DNA of 64,000 bases from Lentisphaerota bacterium. GTDB taxonomy: Bacteria; Verrucomicrobiota; Kiritimatiellia; CAIQIC01; JAGNIJ01. The notes under the pieces are model-generated. The model did no database searches. It was not told where the DNA came from and was given only the letters and a program-made list of their open reading frames with translations. The stretch's first letter is position 1, and each line of letters starts with the position of its first letter. Location: NCBI GenBank assembly GCA_052033915.1, contig JBPOJF010000006.1, positions 275,544 through 339,543 of the forward strand, written 5' to 3'. Shown in pieces: positions 16,889 through 26,870 of the stretch. A program made the translations under genes and the position numbers.

Positions 16889-19165
16889 TCACGGGCTCGC
16901 TTCAAACGTCTTCCTGTACACAATCCAACTCTGACGGTTCGGCCAGTCCTCGTCGAACGGACGCAAGCCCGACGCCTTCGAGTGCATATCCACAAAGGCG
17001 TTCGGTTCCACCCAGATGTACGGCTCCTCCGGCGGCCCCTTTGTCCCCAGGTTTCCCATCGGCGGCCACGCGGAATCGTCGTAGTCCGCCGAGCTCCAGG
17101 CCCCCTCCGGATTGAACGCGTACTTCCATGCGGGGTCGGAATTCACGCCGCCGCCGTGCATGCGCAGCGAACTCTGGATCCAGCTCGGATACGATTGCCA
17201 CCCGGCCTGCAAGGCGAGGCCATGCTTGCCGGGGCCGACGGTCAGGCCCACAACGGCCATCCGGTCCGGCTTCTCGACACCGCACAGTTCCCGGCCGTCG
17301 AGGAAGGCGCGCGAGCGCATGTTGCTGTACAGGCTGAACAGCGCGTTGGACGGGCTTTCGTGGAACCACATCAGGAGCTTCGCCTGCTCCAGCGCGGCGG
17401 CGTTGGTCTCAGCGGCCATGAACCGCTCGTACGCGGCGCGCGCGGCGTCGAACCCGTTCATCCGCTCGTCGTAGGCGATCTGACGGAGCCGCAGGATCGG
17501 CGCGAAGGGGAATTCCTTGTACGTTTCCAGAAACAGGTCGATGTAGTCCCGCGCGCCCTGGTAATCGCCGAACCGCTCGTGGTTGGCCAGTTCCGTCATG
17601 ATCGTCGCCTCGGCCAGCGGATCGCGCGGCGGTTCCCGCTCCGCCGCCGAGCCCAGCGTGTACATCGCGGCGGCCGGCTTGTCCTGGTAGTAGTACGCCA
17701 CGCTCTCCATGAACCCGTGGCTGGCGTGGTCCGGCCCGCGCTCGAACACCATGTTGAAGGACGTGTTGTAGGCCGCCGGATCGAGCAGGTGAAGCCGATA
17801 CTGGATGATCCGGAAGAACGTCTTCATGGTCAGCCCGTACAGAGGCCGGGCGATGACATTCTGGTAGTACCACGCGCCGTTGAAATAATCCTCGAGCCCC
17901 GTGCCGCGCCAGCTCGGGGTGGTTTCGCCGTCACGATACATCAACTCGTCGCCTTCCAGAATCCACCAGCTCCGATCGAGACTGACCACGCTCAGGATGC
18001 AGCCGACGTAGCGCCCCTTCCCCTTCGTCCGAAGGATCGCGTGCGGCTTGCCCACATCCTGCGCGGTCGATCGCGACCAACTGGAATGGAAGTACGCCCA
18101 GTTCGCGTCCCATGCCGGCAACGCCTGGCGCGACACATTCACCGCGAGATCCACCGGCTGCCGCCCCTGGTTCTCGAAACAGACCCGGGCGGACTTCTCG
18201 AAGGGCATCGGGAACCGGCACACGAACGTGTTGTTCGTCAGGCCGAAGTACATGGATTCGTACCGCGTGCGCCGCCAGAAGCTTCCGAAGAAATCGCCGA
18301 GCGGAACGGCCACGCTCGGCGACGAAGCGCCATCCCATGTGATGCGCAGGATCACATCGCGCAGGATTGCCTCGCGCTCGACCGCCGTCGGCAGTTTCGC
18401 AAAGTCAGGCGTCACGGTCAGTTCGCGGAGAATTGCCGGGCCGGACAAATCGCTGAACGCCTGTTGCGCCCCCGGCGCCAGCGTGATCGTTTCAGACGAG
18501 GATACGCAGCCCTCGGGCGGCACGGCCATTCCGCCGTTCTTCCAGTTCTCGACCACCGCCGCGAGTTTGTCCGCCTCGGCCGGAGTCACTTCGCCCGTGA
18601 ACGACTTCACGCGCGTGCCTTTCGGCAGGTTGCAATAATTGACCTGGTAGAACAGGCGGGAGCCGGCCCCCTCGGACCGCGTGCTTTCCTGCAGCATGAT
18701 CACGAGCCGCTTCGCGTACGGCATCGGAATGAAGCTGAACCAGCCGTAGTTCTCGAAAGCCGCCAGCGGCGGACGGAACGGGTCGCGGCCGCCGGTCAGT
18801 TCGTCAAGCGTCAGGTCCAACCGCGGCTCGCGCTCGCCGTCGAAGTAGAATCGGACGCGGTGTTTTCCGTCGCGCGCGCCCGTCGTCCAGAAGCGGGACA
18901 CATAGCCCGGCCCCTTCAGGTCCGCAAGGACGACCCAGCCCGGCGGGCCTTTCCGCAGGAAGTGGTTGAAATCGTCGTTGCCGCCGGTCGGATCGAACGA
19001 GGTGACGATCGACGCGGCCGGCGAATCCATGCGCGCGATGGTTTCGGGACGGGTCAGATTCCCGAGCAGATCCGACCAGGAAAGCCCGTTCGGGTCCGAA
19101 CCGCCCCCCCCGCAGCCGACAAGCAACGCGCACAACAGAAGACCCGCCATGTGGAGAAGTTTCAT
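16889..19165 (-). CDS. Large secreted lipoprotein with a DUF2961 (glycoside hydrolase family 172-like) domain
   Basis: Lipoprotein signal (LLCALLVGCGGGGS). The central region with ILEGDELMYRDGETTPSWRGTGLEDYFNGAWYY resembles DUF2961/GH172 signatures, from memory and not verified. 758 aa. Confidence 0.55.
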   Translation of the reverse strand: MKLLHMAGLLLCALLVGCGGGGSDPNGLSWSDLLGNLTRPETIARMDSPAASIVTSFDPTGGNDDFNHFLRKGPPGWVVLADLKGPGYVSRFWTTGARDGKHRVRFYFDGEREPRLDLTLDELTGGRDPFRPPLAAFENYGWFSFIPMPYAKRLVIMLQESTRSEGAGSRLFYQVNYCNLPKGTRVKSFTGEVTPAEADKLAAVVENWKNGGMAVPPEGCVSSSETITLAPGAQQAFSDLSGPAILRELTVTPDFAKLPTAVEREAILRDVILRITWDGASSPSVAVPLGDFFGSFWRRTRYESMYFGLTNNTFVCRFPMPFEKSARVCFENQGRQPVDLAVNVSRQALPAWDANWAYFHSSWSRSTAQDVGKPHAILRTKGKGRYVGCILSVVSLDRSWWILEGDELMYRDGETTPSWRGTGLEDYFNGAWYYQNVIARPLYGLTMKTFFRIIQYRLHLLDPAAYNTSFNMVFERGPDHASHGFMESVAYYYQDKPAAAMYTLGSAAEREPPRDPLAEATIMTELANHERFGDYQGARDYIDLFLETYKEFPFAPILRLRQIAYDERMNGFDAARAAYERFMAAETNAAALEQAKLLMWFHESPSNALFSLYSNMRSRAFLDGRELCGVEKPDRMAVVGLTVGPGKHGLALQAGWQSYPSWIQSSLRMHGGGVNSDPAWKYAFNPEGAWSSADYDDSAWPPMGNLGTKGPPEEPYIWVEPNAFVDMHSKASGLRPFDEDWPNRQSWIVYRKTFEASP

Positions 19166-19386
19166 AGCGGGCGGAGTCTAGCGCGGAGCATCAAGCCGGG
19201 CAAGGAGCAACAACCAAAGGAAATGTAATCGCCATGCATCGCAAAAGGCGGCGCTACAGCGGGAGGGCTCAATCCGGCCCATCAGGCAAAAAAACGAGCT
19301 GTTTCGAGAGTTGACGCCGCCGCAATCCGGAAGTATGAGCTTAAACTGAATCTGCCGGATGCATAGAAAACCTGAGGAAGTCCACA

Positions 19387-20034
19387 ATGAAATATGCCGT
19401 CATGATCGTAACCGCATTCTGTTGCTTGACCGTAGCTCATGCCGACCTGGTCATCACCGAGGTCATGTCCGCCTCCTCTCACACGAACAGCGCGGCCAAT
19501 GGCGACTGGTGGGAGTTGTACAATTCAGGCGCAGTCGCCATCGACCTGACCCCCTACTCCTGGGACGACAACAGCGCGGCCCCCGGTTCGGCCGACTTCA
19601 ATGGCCTGACGATTGGCGCTGGAGAAGCGATCATCATCTGCCAGGAAACCATCGGGGCAGAGCAAGCCTGGAAGGACCTGTGGGGCCTGTCGAGCGTCAC
19701 GGTGGTTAACCTTGGCAACACCAAATTCCAGAACTTCAGCAGCAGCGGCGACGAGATTCACATTTATGACGCATCGTCGAATGAGGTCACCTCGGTGACC
19801 TTCGGCGCAGCAACTGCCGGGTTCTCTTTCGCGTGGGATGCAGCCGGCAATTCCCTGGGGTTGAGCGTCAACGGCGTGAACGGCGCATTTCAGGCAACAG
19901 CGGCCGCGGGCGGCGGCCCGGATATCGCGTCACCGGGCGCAGTGGTCATTCCCGAACCCGGCACCCTCGCCTTGCTGGGCTTGAGCGGTCTTCTTGTACT
20001 CTGCCGGCGCTTTTCCCGTCCGCCATGGAGTTGA
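19387..20034 (+). CDS. PEP-CTERM-anchored surface protein with a lamin-tail domain (LTD)
   Basis: A signal peptide is followed by ITEVMSA...NGDWWELYN (LTD hallmark). The C-terminus reads VIPEPGTLALLGLSGLLVLCRR, which is PEP motif + TM + Arg-rich tail, i.e. an exosortase sorting signal. A GAGGAAG ribosome-binding site precedes the ATG. Confidence 0.8.
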   Translation: MKYAVMIVTAFCCLTVAHADLVITEVMSASSHTNSAANGDWWELYNSGAVAIDLTPYSWDDNSAAPGSADFNGLTIGAGEAIIICQETIGAEQAWKDLWGLSSVTVVNLGNTKFQNFSSSGDEIHIYDASSNEVTSVTFGAATAGFSFAWDAAGNSLGLSVNGVNGAFQATAAAGGGPDIASPGAVVIPEPGTLALLGLSGLLVLCRRFSRPPWS

Positions 20035-20121
20035 ACGCCCCGGTCGAGAGGAACGCGCGCCGGGGAATGTCGAGGCGCCCGTGCTTCCGCCTGCGACAAG
20101 AGGGATTTCCAAAACACCGCG

Positions 20122-21624
20122 CTACGGCTCGCGGGTCGTGAACGACTTCATGTCGCGGGCGCAGAGAATCTGGATCACGTTGCGGCCGGAGACCGCCGCG
20201 GGAGGAAGACCGCCGCCCGGCTCGACCCACTGACCGGCCATGTAGAAATTCTCCAAGCCCGGCAGGGTCTTCTTCATGCGGATGCTCATCGACTTCGTGG
20301 TAAGGAGCCATCCCTCCCACGCGCCCTTCCACACACCCGTGTACCGCTGGTAGGTCACCGGCGTCGCGACGTCGATCATCTCGACCTGCGTCTCGATGCC
20401 CGGATACTTCTTCGCCAACTGACGGACGACGGATTCCCCCGCCTTCTTCTTCTCGTCGTCGTACTTCTGCCGGTCGGCCGACAACTTTTTCCAGTACTCG
20501 TAACCGGCATCCATCGTAACCTGCACGACGGATTTGCCCGGCGGCGCAAAGCTCGAATCATGGCAGAAATGCTGCACGGCCAGCCGGCGGCGCGCGCTGC
20601 CGCCGATCTTCACCGGCTTTTCGAGAAGCCACGCCTGCGTATGAGGCTCGCCGGACAGGTCGCGCGCCACGCCGAGCGACACAAGAAGCAGCGGAGGGAA
20701 GGTCGGGAGCGACTTGTAGTAGCTCCGGATCGTATCGTCGATGAACCTGCCCTTCAGCATGTCGAACACGGTCGCGTGGCCGTCGGCCGCCGAAATCACG
20801 ACATCCGCCTTGTGCTCCGTCCCGTCCTCAAGCTTCACGCCCACGGCGCGACGGCCGGAGACGAGGATCTCGGCCACTTTGGACTTGTACCGGATCTCGC
20901 CGCCGAGCGCCTTGTAGCGCGTCTCGACGGCCTCGGAGAACGCCCGCGAGCCGCCGAGCGGCATGCCGGCCACCTTGCGGTCCTGCCACGCGAGGGTCAT
21001 CAGCATGCCGATGACGGGAAAGTCCTTGAGATCGAACACGGCCTTGAGGGCTTCGCGCAGGAAGGCGTCCTTGATCTGCGCCGCGAACTCGTTGAGGCTG
21101 TGCTTGCCGTACTTGAAGAAGATGCCGAAGTACGGAAGCGTCTTGACAAAGGAATCGAACGAATCCTTGAACGTCCAGAGCTCGTGCGGCTTTTCCAATC
21201 CCATGTCGTACTCGCCCAGCTTGCGGATCGCGTCCACAAAGCCGTCGATAACCTTGGCGTCCCCGGGGGCCAGCTCCTTCATGTGCTTGCGAAGCTTCTC
21301 GGCGCGGGTGTACACGATGAACGTCTTTCCGCCGCCGGTCACGCGCAGGTACTCGTCGGGGTCCACGAACTTCCGGCCCTGCACCGCGCCCAATTCCCTC
21401 CACATCTTGTTGAACGAGTTGGCGGAACTGGAGCCGACGAGCCAGTGAATGCATCCGTCGATGGTGTAGCCGTTGCGAGTCCACCCCGTACACTGGCCGC
21501 CGGGCCGGTTATGCATCTCGAAAATCGTGGTCTGATATCCATTCATCCGGCCGTAGCATCCGGCTGACAAACCCGCGATCCCGCCGCCAATGATTGCGAT
21601 GGATTTACTCATGATGAGGGTCAT
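20122..21624 (-). CDS. FAD/NAD(P)-dependent oxidoreductase, phytoene-desaturase (CrtI/COG1233) family
   Basis: IAIIGGGIAGLSAG Rossmann dinucleotide motif at the N-terminus, approximately 500 aa, CrtI-like C-terminal region. The start is at MTLIMSKS; the upstream part of the ORF is an extension. Confidence 0.75.
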   Translation of the reverse strand: MTLIMSKSIAIIGGGIAGLSAGCYGRMNGYQTTIFEMHNRPGGQCTGWTRNGYTIDGCIHWLVGSSSANSFNKMWRELGAVQGRKFVDPDEYLRVTGGGKTFIVYTRAEKLRKHMKELAPGDAKVIDGFVDAIRKLGEYDMGLEKPHELWTFKDSFDSFVKTLPYFGIFFKYGKHSLNEFAAQIKDAFLREALKAVFDLKDFPVIGMLMTLAWQDRKVAGMPLGGSRAFSEAVETRYKALGGEIRYKSKVAEILVSGRRAVGVKLEDGTEHKADVVISAADGHATVFDMLKGRFIDDTIRSYYKSLPTFPPLLLVSLGVARDLSGEPHTQAWLLEKPVKIGGSARRRLAVQHFCHDSSFAPPGKSVVQVTMDAGYEYWKKLSADRQKYDDEKKKAGESVVRQLAKKYPGIETQVEMIDVATPVTYQRYTGVWKGAWEGWLLTTKSMSIRMKKTLPGLENFYMAGQWVEPGGGLPPAAVSGRNVIQILCARDMKSFTTREP

Positions 21625-21725
21625 TAAACCTAAAAGCGGATTCCGGCGCAAATGGAAAGGAAACGCGGCTGCGGACGGCATTGTCCGCGTCCAAACCCTG
21701 GTCCCGGCGCCGCGCGAGGTCGGAT

Positions 21726-21790
21726 TTCCAACGATTGGAAGAACGCGCCCGCGTTTTTCCAAGGGTTGGAAGAAAAGCCTTTTTTGGAAG
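21726..21790. promoter_or_regulatory. Divergent-promoter operator cluster. Two 15-bp palindromes TTCCAA-N3-TTGGAA (21726-21740, 21757-21771) sit 31 bp apart. A GC hairpin AACGCG-cc-CGCGTT lies between them, and a downstream TTGGAAG-AAAAGcCTTTT-TTGGAAG follows
   Basis: Read directly. The cluster lies between the CrtI-like gene (minus) and the glycan operon (plus). The same palindrome pair with the same spacing recurs at 61982-62027. Confidence 0.5.
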
Positions 21791-21883
21791 AAACAAATCC
21801 GGGCGGACGGTGTCCAATGGAGTATCACATCGTGTATCCGACTGATTGACACGTTTTCGGCGCGCAGGTACGGTAATCCGCAT

Positions 21884-22831
21884 ATGAATAATACTTCCCG
21901 AACCGTTCTCGTAACCGGCGCGGCCGGCTACCTGGGATCCATCGCGGTCCCCGAACTCCTCAAGTTGGGCCATCGCGTGATCGCCGTGGACAATTTCATG
22001 TACGGCCAACCGTCCCTGCTCGACGTCTGTTACGATCCGAATCTGGACATCGTGCGCGCCGACGTGCGGAACGAGGCGACAATGAAGAAGCTCCTGGCGA
22101 AGGCCGATGTCATCCTCCCCCTCGCCTGCCTGGTGGGCGCGCCGATCTGCGAGCAGAAGCCCATCGAGGCGCGTTCGATCAACCTGGACGCGATCACGAT
22201 GCTCCTCGACGCGAGCAGCGAGGACCAGAAATTCATTGTCCCGGTAACCAACAGCGGGTATGGCGTGGGCCAGGACAACATTTACTGCACCGAGGAAACG
22301 CAGCTCAACCCGATCTCGGTGTACGGCAAGCTCAAGGCCGAACTGGAGAAGCGCCTCATGGACAGCGGCCGCGCGGTCTCCCTGCGGCTGGCCACGGCGT
22401 TCGGCATCAGCCCGCGGATGCGGATCGACCTGCTGGTCAACGACTTCACCTACCGCGCGTGCACGGACCGATTCGTCGTCCTGTTCGAGGCGCACTTCAA
22501 GAGGAACTACTGCCACGTCCGGGACATCGCGGCGGCATTCATCCATTCCATGGAGAACTTCGACCGGATGAAGAACCAGGCCTACAACGTGGGCCTGAGC
22601 GAGGCGAACCTGTCGAAGATGGAGCTCTGCCTCGAGATCCAGAAGCAGATCCCGGAGTTCACGATCATGGAATCCGCGATCGGCACGGACCCGGACCAGC
22701 GCAACTACATCGTGAGCAACGAGAAGATCGAGAAGACCGGCTTCAAGGCCCGGATCTCGATCGAACAGGGCGTCACGGAGCTGATCAAGGGATACAAGGT
22801 CATCCGTCGCAACCAGTATTCGAACGTCTGA
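21884..22831 (+). CDS. NAD-dependent epimerase/dehydratase (extended SDR), first gene of the nucleotide-sugar operon
   Basis: VLVTGAAGYLGS Rossmann motif, YGKLK catalytic YxxxK, 315 aa. Confidence 0.8.
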   Translation: MNNTSRTVLVTGAAGYLGSIAVPELLKLGHRVIAVDNFMYGQPSLLDVCYDPNLDIVRADVRNEATMKKLLAKADVILPLACLVGAPICEQKPIEARSINLDAITMLLDASSEDQKFIVPVTNSGYGVGQDNIYCTEETQLNPISVYGKLKAELEKRLMDSGRAVSLRLATAFGISPRMRIDLLVNDFTYRACTDRFVVLFEAHFKRNYCHVRDIAAAFIHSMENFDRMKNQAYNVGLSEANLSKMELCLEIQKQIPEFTIMESAIGTDPDQRNYIVSNEKIEKTGFKARISIEQGVTELIKGYKVIRRNQYSNV

Positions 22832-23784
22832 TGAACGATTCCCCTTACAAAAAGATCCTCGTGACCGGGGCCACCGGCTTTCTGGGCCGGCACATCGTGC
22901 CCGCGCTCCGGCACGAGTTGAACGCCGAGGTCGTCGGCGTCGGCCGGAAGGATTTCGACCTGCTCAAGCCGGGCAGCGCGGAAGCGATGCTCGCGACATT
23001 CAAGCCGGACGCGGTCATCCACCTGGCCGCCCGCGTCGGCGGCATCATCGCGAACAAGAAGTATCCGGCGGACTTCTTCACCGACAACATCATGATGAAC
23101 ACGGTGACGTTCAACGCATGCCACAAGGCAGGCGTGAAGAAGTTCCTGACCTTGATCGGCGGCTGTTCCTATCCGGCGAAAGCGGCCTCGCCCATCGGCG
23201 AGGACCAGATGTGGAACGGGTACCCGCAACCGGAAAGCGCTGCGTATTCCGTCGCGAAGAAAATGCTTCTGGTGCAGTCGGACGCATACCGGCAACAGTA
23301 TGGGTTCAATTCCATTGTCCTGATCCCCGGCAACGTGTACGGCGAGTACGACAATTTCAACGAAGAGTACTCACACGTGATCCCGGCACTCATCCGGCGC
23401 TTCACCGAGGCAAAGGAAAAGAACGCGCCGTCCATCGCGTGCTTCGGGTCCGGCCGCCCGACTCGGGATTTCGTGTACGCCGGCGACGTGGCCGCCGTGA
23501 TCCCGTGGTTCCTGCTGAATTACGACCGCAGCGAGCCGGTCAACATCTCCACGGGCACGCGGATCACGATCCAGGAGCTTTCCGAGACGATCAAGGAGGC
23601 GACCGGCTACCCGGGCGCGATCACGTGGGACACCTCCAAGCCGGACGGGCAGATCGACAAGATTTTCTCGGTCGAGCGCCTGCACAAGCTGGGCCTGAAC
23701 TGCCCCACCCCGCTGAAGGACGGGCTCCGGAAGACGGTGGCCTGGTTCCTCGCCGCGCGCAAGGAAGGATCGGTTCGGCTGTAG
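22831..23784 (+). CDS. GDP-L-fucose synthase-like (GDP-4-keto-6-deoxy-sugar 3,5-epimerase/4-reductase, Fcl/GMER family)
   Basis: KILVTGATGFLG, AARVGGIIANKKYPADF, YSVAKK, and PGNVYG motifs typical of Fcl. It overlaps the preceding stop (ATGA). Confidence 0.75.
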   Translation: MNDSPYKKILVTGATGFLGRHIVPALRHELNAEVVGVGRKDFDLLKPGSAEAMLATFKPDAVIHLAARVGGIIANKKYPADFFTDNIMMNTVTFNACHKAGVKKFLTLIGGCSYPAKAASPIGEDQMWNGYPQPESAAYSVAKKMLLVQSDAYRQQYGFNSIVLIPGNVYGEYDNFNEEYSHVIPALIRRFTEAKEKNAPSIACFGSGRPTRDFVYAGDVAAVIPWFLLNYDRSEPVNISTGTRITIQELSETIKEATGYPGAITWDTSKPDGQIDKIFSVERLHKLGLNCPTPLKDGLRKTVAWFLAARKEGSVRL

Positions 23785-23835
23785 CCGCGCGATGAAACGG
23801 AACGCAGAGAACGCTGCAATCCCAGGAGCCCTCGG

Positions 23836-24645
23836 ATGACCGCAACCTCCCCCACCTGTCTCGTGCTCGGCGGCAAGGGCTTCGTGGGTTCGGCCGTCGT
23901 GGCGGAAGCCGGCCGGCGGGGATATCGCGCGCAGGTGGTGGACAAGGACGAATACGCGGCCGCAATCGGCGCCTCCTGCGACCTGCTGATCAACGCGAAC
24001 GGAAACTCCCGGAAGTACCTCGCGGCAAAAGACCCCGCTCAGGAGTTCGATCTTTCCGTCCGCTCCGTCCAGCGTTCGCTCCACGACTTCAAGACCGGGC
24101 ACTACGTCCACCTCTCCACGATCGATGTGTACCCGGACCACGAGAACCCGGCGAGGAACGCCGAGGACGCGCCCATCGACGAGAAGGCGTTGTCGCCCTA
24201 CGGGTTCCACAAGCATCTCGCGGAGCGGCTGGTGCGTTACTACGCCCCGCGCTGGACGATCATCCGCATGGGCGGGTTCGTCGGGCCGGGCCTGTGGAAA
24301 AACTCCATCCACGACCTGCTGACCGGGCGCGAACTGAAGGTCCACCCGGACTCGGTGTACCAGTATCTGCACACCGCCGTCCTCGCACAGCGGCTTTTTG
24401 ATATTGTCGGGGTCAACCGCCCCTGCGAAATCTGGAATGTCTGCGGGGCGGGCGCCGTGTCGCTACGGGACGTGGCTTCGTGGATCCCGGGCGCGACATG
24501 GCCGGCAAACGCCGAGGGACTGCCCCGCGAGCACTACGAGATCAGTACGCGGAAAACCGAGTCGCTGTTTTCATTGCCGCGTTCCGCGGACACGGTCCGG
24601 CGATTCGTCCAGGAGGTTCATTCAGGGAAGGAGCGTATCCAGTGA
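23836..24645 (+). CDS. Short SDR-family NAD(P)-dependent reductase/epimerase (RmlD-like size)
   Basis: LVLGGKGFVGSAV Rossmann motif, YGFHK YxxxK, 269 aa. Confidence 0.6.
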   Translation: MTATSPTCLVLGGKGFVGSAVVAEAGRRGYRAQVVDKDEYAAAIGASCDLLINANGNSRKYLAAKDPAQEFDLSVRSVQRSLHDFKTGHYVHLSTIDVYPDHENPARNAEDAPIDEKALSPYGFHKHLAERLVRYYAPRWTIIRMGGFVGPGLWKNSIHDLLTGRELKVHPDSVYQYLHTAVLAQRLFDIVGVNRPCEIWNVCGAGAVSLRDVASWIPGATWPANAEGLPREHYEISTRKTESLFSLPRSADTVRRFVQEVHSGKERIQ

Positions 24646-25631
24646 TTATCTCCCAAACGCCTTTCAGGGTCAGTTTCTTGGGCGGCGGAACCGATTTCCC
24701 CGAGTTCTTCCGGGAACACGGCGGGGCCGCCCTCCTCACCAGCATCGGCCCGTCCTGCTACATTTCGATCCACCGGATCAACCAGTTCTTCCAGTTCCGG
24801 TTCCGCGCAAGCTACGCGAAGACGGAACTCGTCCAGAAGCCGTCCGAATTCCAGCACCCGCTGATCCGCGAATGCCTGCTTGCGCTGGACATCAAGGAGG
24901 GGCTTGAAATCACCCACTTCTCGGATCTGCCGGGGCGTACCGGCCTGGGCACCTCCTCCTCGTTCACCGTGGGACTGCTGCACTGCCTGCACACCTTCCG
25001 GGGCGAGCGCGTGACGGCGGAAGATCTCGCCCGCGAAGCCATTCATATCGAGCGCGAGCGCGTGGGCGACGCGGGCGGCTGGCAGGATCAATATGCCGCG
25101 GCCTACGGCGGATTCATCCGACTCGATTTTCACAAGGACGGGCAGGTCGGCGTGCGCCCGCTGACCATCAGCAGCCGGCGCATGGGCGAATTGGAAAAGC
25201 ACCTGTTGATGTTCTACATGGGCAAGGAGAAAACGGCAGAGCCCATCCTTCGGCAGCAGCAGAAGCAAACGAAGAAAAACGAAAAGGCGCTCCTGGAGAT
25301 GCTCCATCTCGTCAACGAGGCCGAGAGCCTCATGACCCGCGAACAGCCGATCTCCGGCTTCGGCGAACTCCTGCGCCGCGCCTGGGAACTGAAGCGGACG
25401 CTGTCTGACGGCATCACGAACGATTCGATCGACCAGGCCTACGAGGCCGCGCGCCGGGCGGGAGCGACGGGCGGCAAAATCCTGGGCGCCGGCGGACGCG
25501 GGTTCCTGCTCCTCTTCGCCAAGCCGGAATATCATTCCGCGATCCGGGACCGGCTGGCGCCCTTGCAGGAAGTGGATGTCCGTTTCAGCCAGTGCGGGAG
25601 CCGCATCATCTTCCAGGCCCCGGACATGTGA
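24642..25631 (+). CDS. GHMP-family sugar kinase (D-glycero-D-manno-heptose 7-phosphate kinase HddA-like)
   Basis: GTG start behind GGAAGGAG. The PGRTGLGTSSSFTV GHMP motif II and GGKILGAGGRGFLLLF motif III are present. 330 aa. Confidence 0.75.
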   Translation: MIISQTPFRVSFLGGGTDFPEFFREHGGAALLTSIGPSCYISIHRINQFFQFRFRASYAKTELVQKPSEFQHPLIRECLLALDIKEGLEITHFSDLPGRTGLGTSSSFTVGLLHCLHTFRGERVTAEDLAREAIHIERERVGDAGGWQDQYAAAYGGFIRLDFHKDGQVGVRPLTISSRRMGELEKHLLMFYMGKEKTAEPILRQQQKQTKKNEKALLEMLHLVNEAESLMTREQPISGFGELLRRAWELKRTLSDGITNDSIDQAYEAARRAGATGGKILGAGGRGFLLLFAKPEYHSAIRDRLAPLQEVDVRFSQCGSRIIFQAPDM

Positions 25632-25649
25632 AAACCGCCGCGAGGGGCT

Positions 25650-26870
25650 TCACCGGAGAAACGATTGCAGCGTCTTGACGGTGTTTTCCGTGATGGTCGC
25701 GGGATCGAACTCCGCGACCGCGCGCTGGCGCCCCGCCTCGCCCATCCGCGCCCGCAACGCCGGATCGGCCTTCAGTCGGGCCAGCTTGCCCAGAAACTCG
25801 TCCTTGTTGCCGGGATCGAACAGGCATCCCTCAGTCCCTTCCGTCACAATCTCGGAAATCCCCTTCAGGCGCGCCGCCAGAACCGGGAGGCCGCACATCA
25901 GGCAGTGGATCAGCGTGCCCGTCACGTGAAAATGATCGGTGAACTGCCCCACGCGCATGACAAGCCCGATGTCGCTCGAATTGAGATGGGCCGCCACCTC
26001 GCGGCTGTTGGGCAGCCATCCCGTGAAAACGACCTGCCGCTGGAGATTCGCTTGTTCCGCCGCCGCCTTGAGCCGGGGCAGTTCCCCGCCCCCGCCCACG
26101 ACGAGAAACTTCAGGCGCGGATCGTCCCGCAACACCGGCGTCAGCCATTCCAGGACCCGGCCGATCCCCTTGTTCGGATGCATAATCCCGTGATGGCAGA
26201 TCACCACGTCCTCCGACTCGAAGCCGTAACGACGGCGCAATTCCTCATTCCGTTCCGGCTTGAAGACGTCCAGCTTGAAGGCGTCCCGAAGAACAAAGAC
26301 GTTTGACGGATTCACGCCCTGCGAAACCAGGTACTCTTTCGTGCTCTCCGCGCGCGTGACAATGCACACGGCGCGCCGCCAGGCGCGCCGGTCGAGCCGC
26401 AAAACGGCCGCGCTCAGCGGGGCCAGCCACGGATACTTCTCGCGATAGACCTCCATGAAGAAGTCCGCAACCGTAAGGGCTGTCGGACGGCCCGACAGCC
26501 GTTCCACAATCAGACCGGCCAGCGGAATGCTTTCGTCGATCCACACCAGATCGGCGCGTCGGAAGCGGAGATACAGCGCCAGGAACGGCAGGCACAGGTA
26601 CCAAAGCCCCGTTTTCACGAGCTTGTCCAGCGGACTGGCGCGGTTCACGGTGAAGGGCACGCCCAGGTACCGCACGCCGGGAAACCGGCACTCGTCGGGA
26701 ATGCGGCGCGCGTTCGGCCCGATGTAAAGCACGTCGCTCTCGCGGCCCAGCCTCTCCACGATTTCCGGGATGATCTGATGGAGTTCGGCGTGGTCCTTGA
26801 AGCCGTAGCGGAAAAGGAACGCGATCCGTTTTTTCGAAGAGGCGATCTGTTCGGGGGACATTGGTTTCAT
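25650..26870 (-). CDS. Glycosyltransferase family 4 (GT-B, glycosyl transferase group 1)
   Basis: A C-terminal EX7E-type region (GLPVLAARLKGISEIVTEGTEGCLF) and an overall GT4 layout. Confidence 0.8.
   Translation of the reverse strand: MKPMSPEQIASSKKRIAFLFRYGFKDHAELHQIIPEIVERLGRESDVLYIGPNARRIPDECRFPGVRYLGVPFTVNRASPLDKLVKTGLWYLCLPFLALYLRFRRADLVWIDESIPLAGLIVERLSGRPTALTVADFFMEVYREKYPWLAPLSAAVLRLDRRAWRRAVCIVTRAESTKEYLVSQGVNPSNVFVLRDAFKLDVFKPERNEELRRRYGFESEDVVICHHGIMHPNKGIGRVLEWLTPVLRDDPRLKFLVVGGGGELPRLKAAAEQANLQRQVVFTGWLPNSREVAAHLNSSDIGLVMRVGQFTDHFHVTGTLIHCLMCGLPVLAARLKGISEIVTEGTEGCLFDPGNKDEFLGKLARLKADPALRARMGEAGRQRAVAEFDPATITENTVKTLQSFLR

Noticed and set aside
16778-19228. 816-aa plus-strand ORF
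   Set aside because: It is antisense to the DUF2961-like lipoprotein gene, which has a convincing lipoprotein signal and a conserved domain. It is an Arg/His/Pro-rich translation typical of stop-poor frames in high-GC DNA.
23296-23310. GGGTTCAATTCC, a tRNA T-loop-like sequence
   Set aside because: It lies inside the Fcl-like CDS (codons for YGFNSIV). No acceptor or anticodon stems are present around it.
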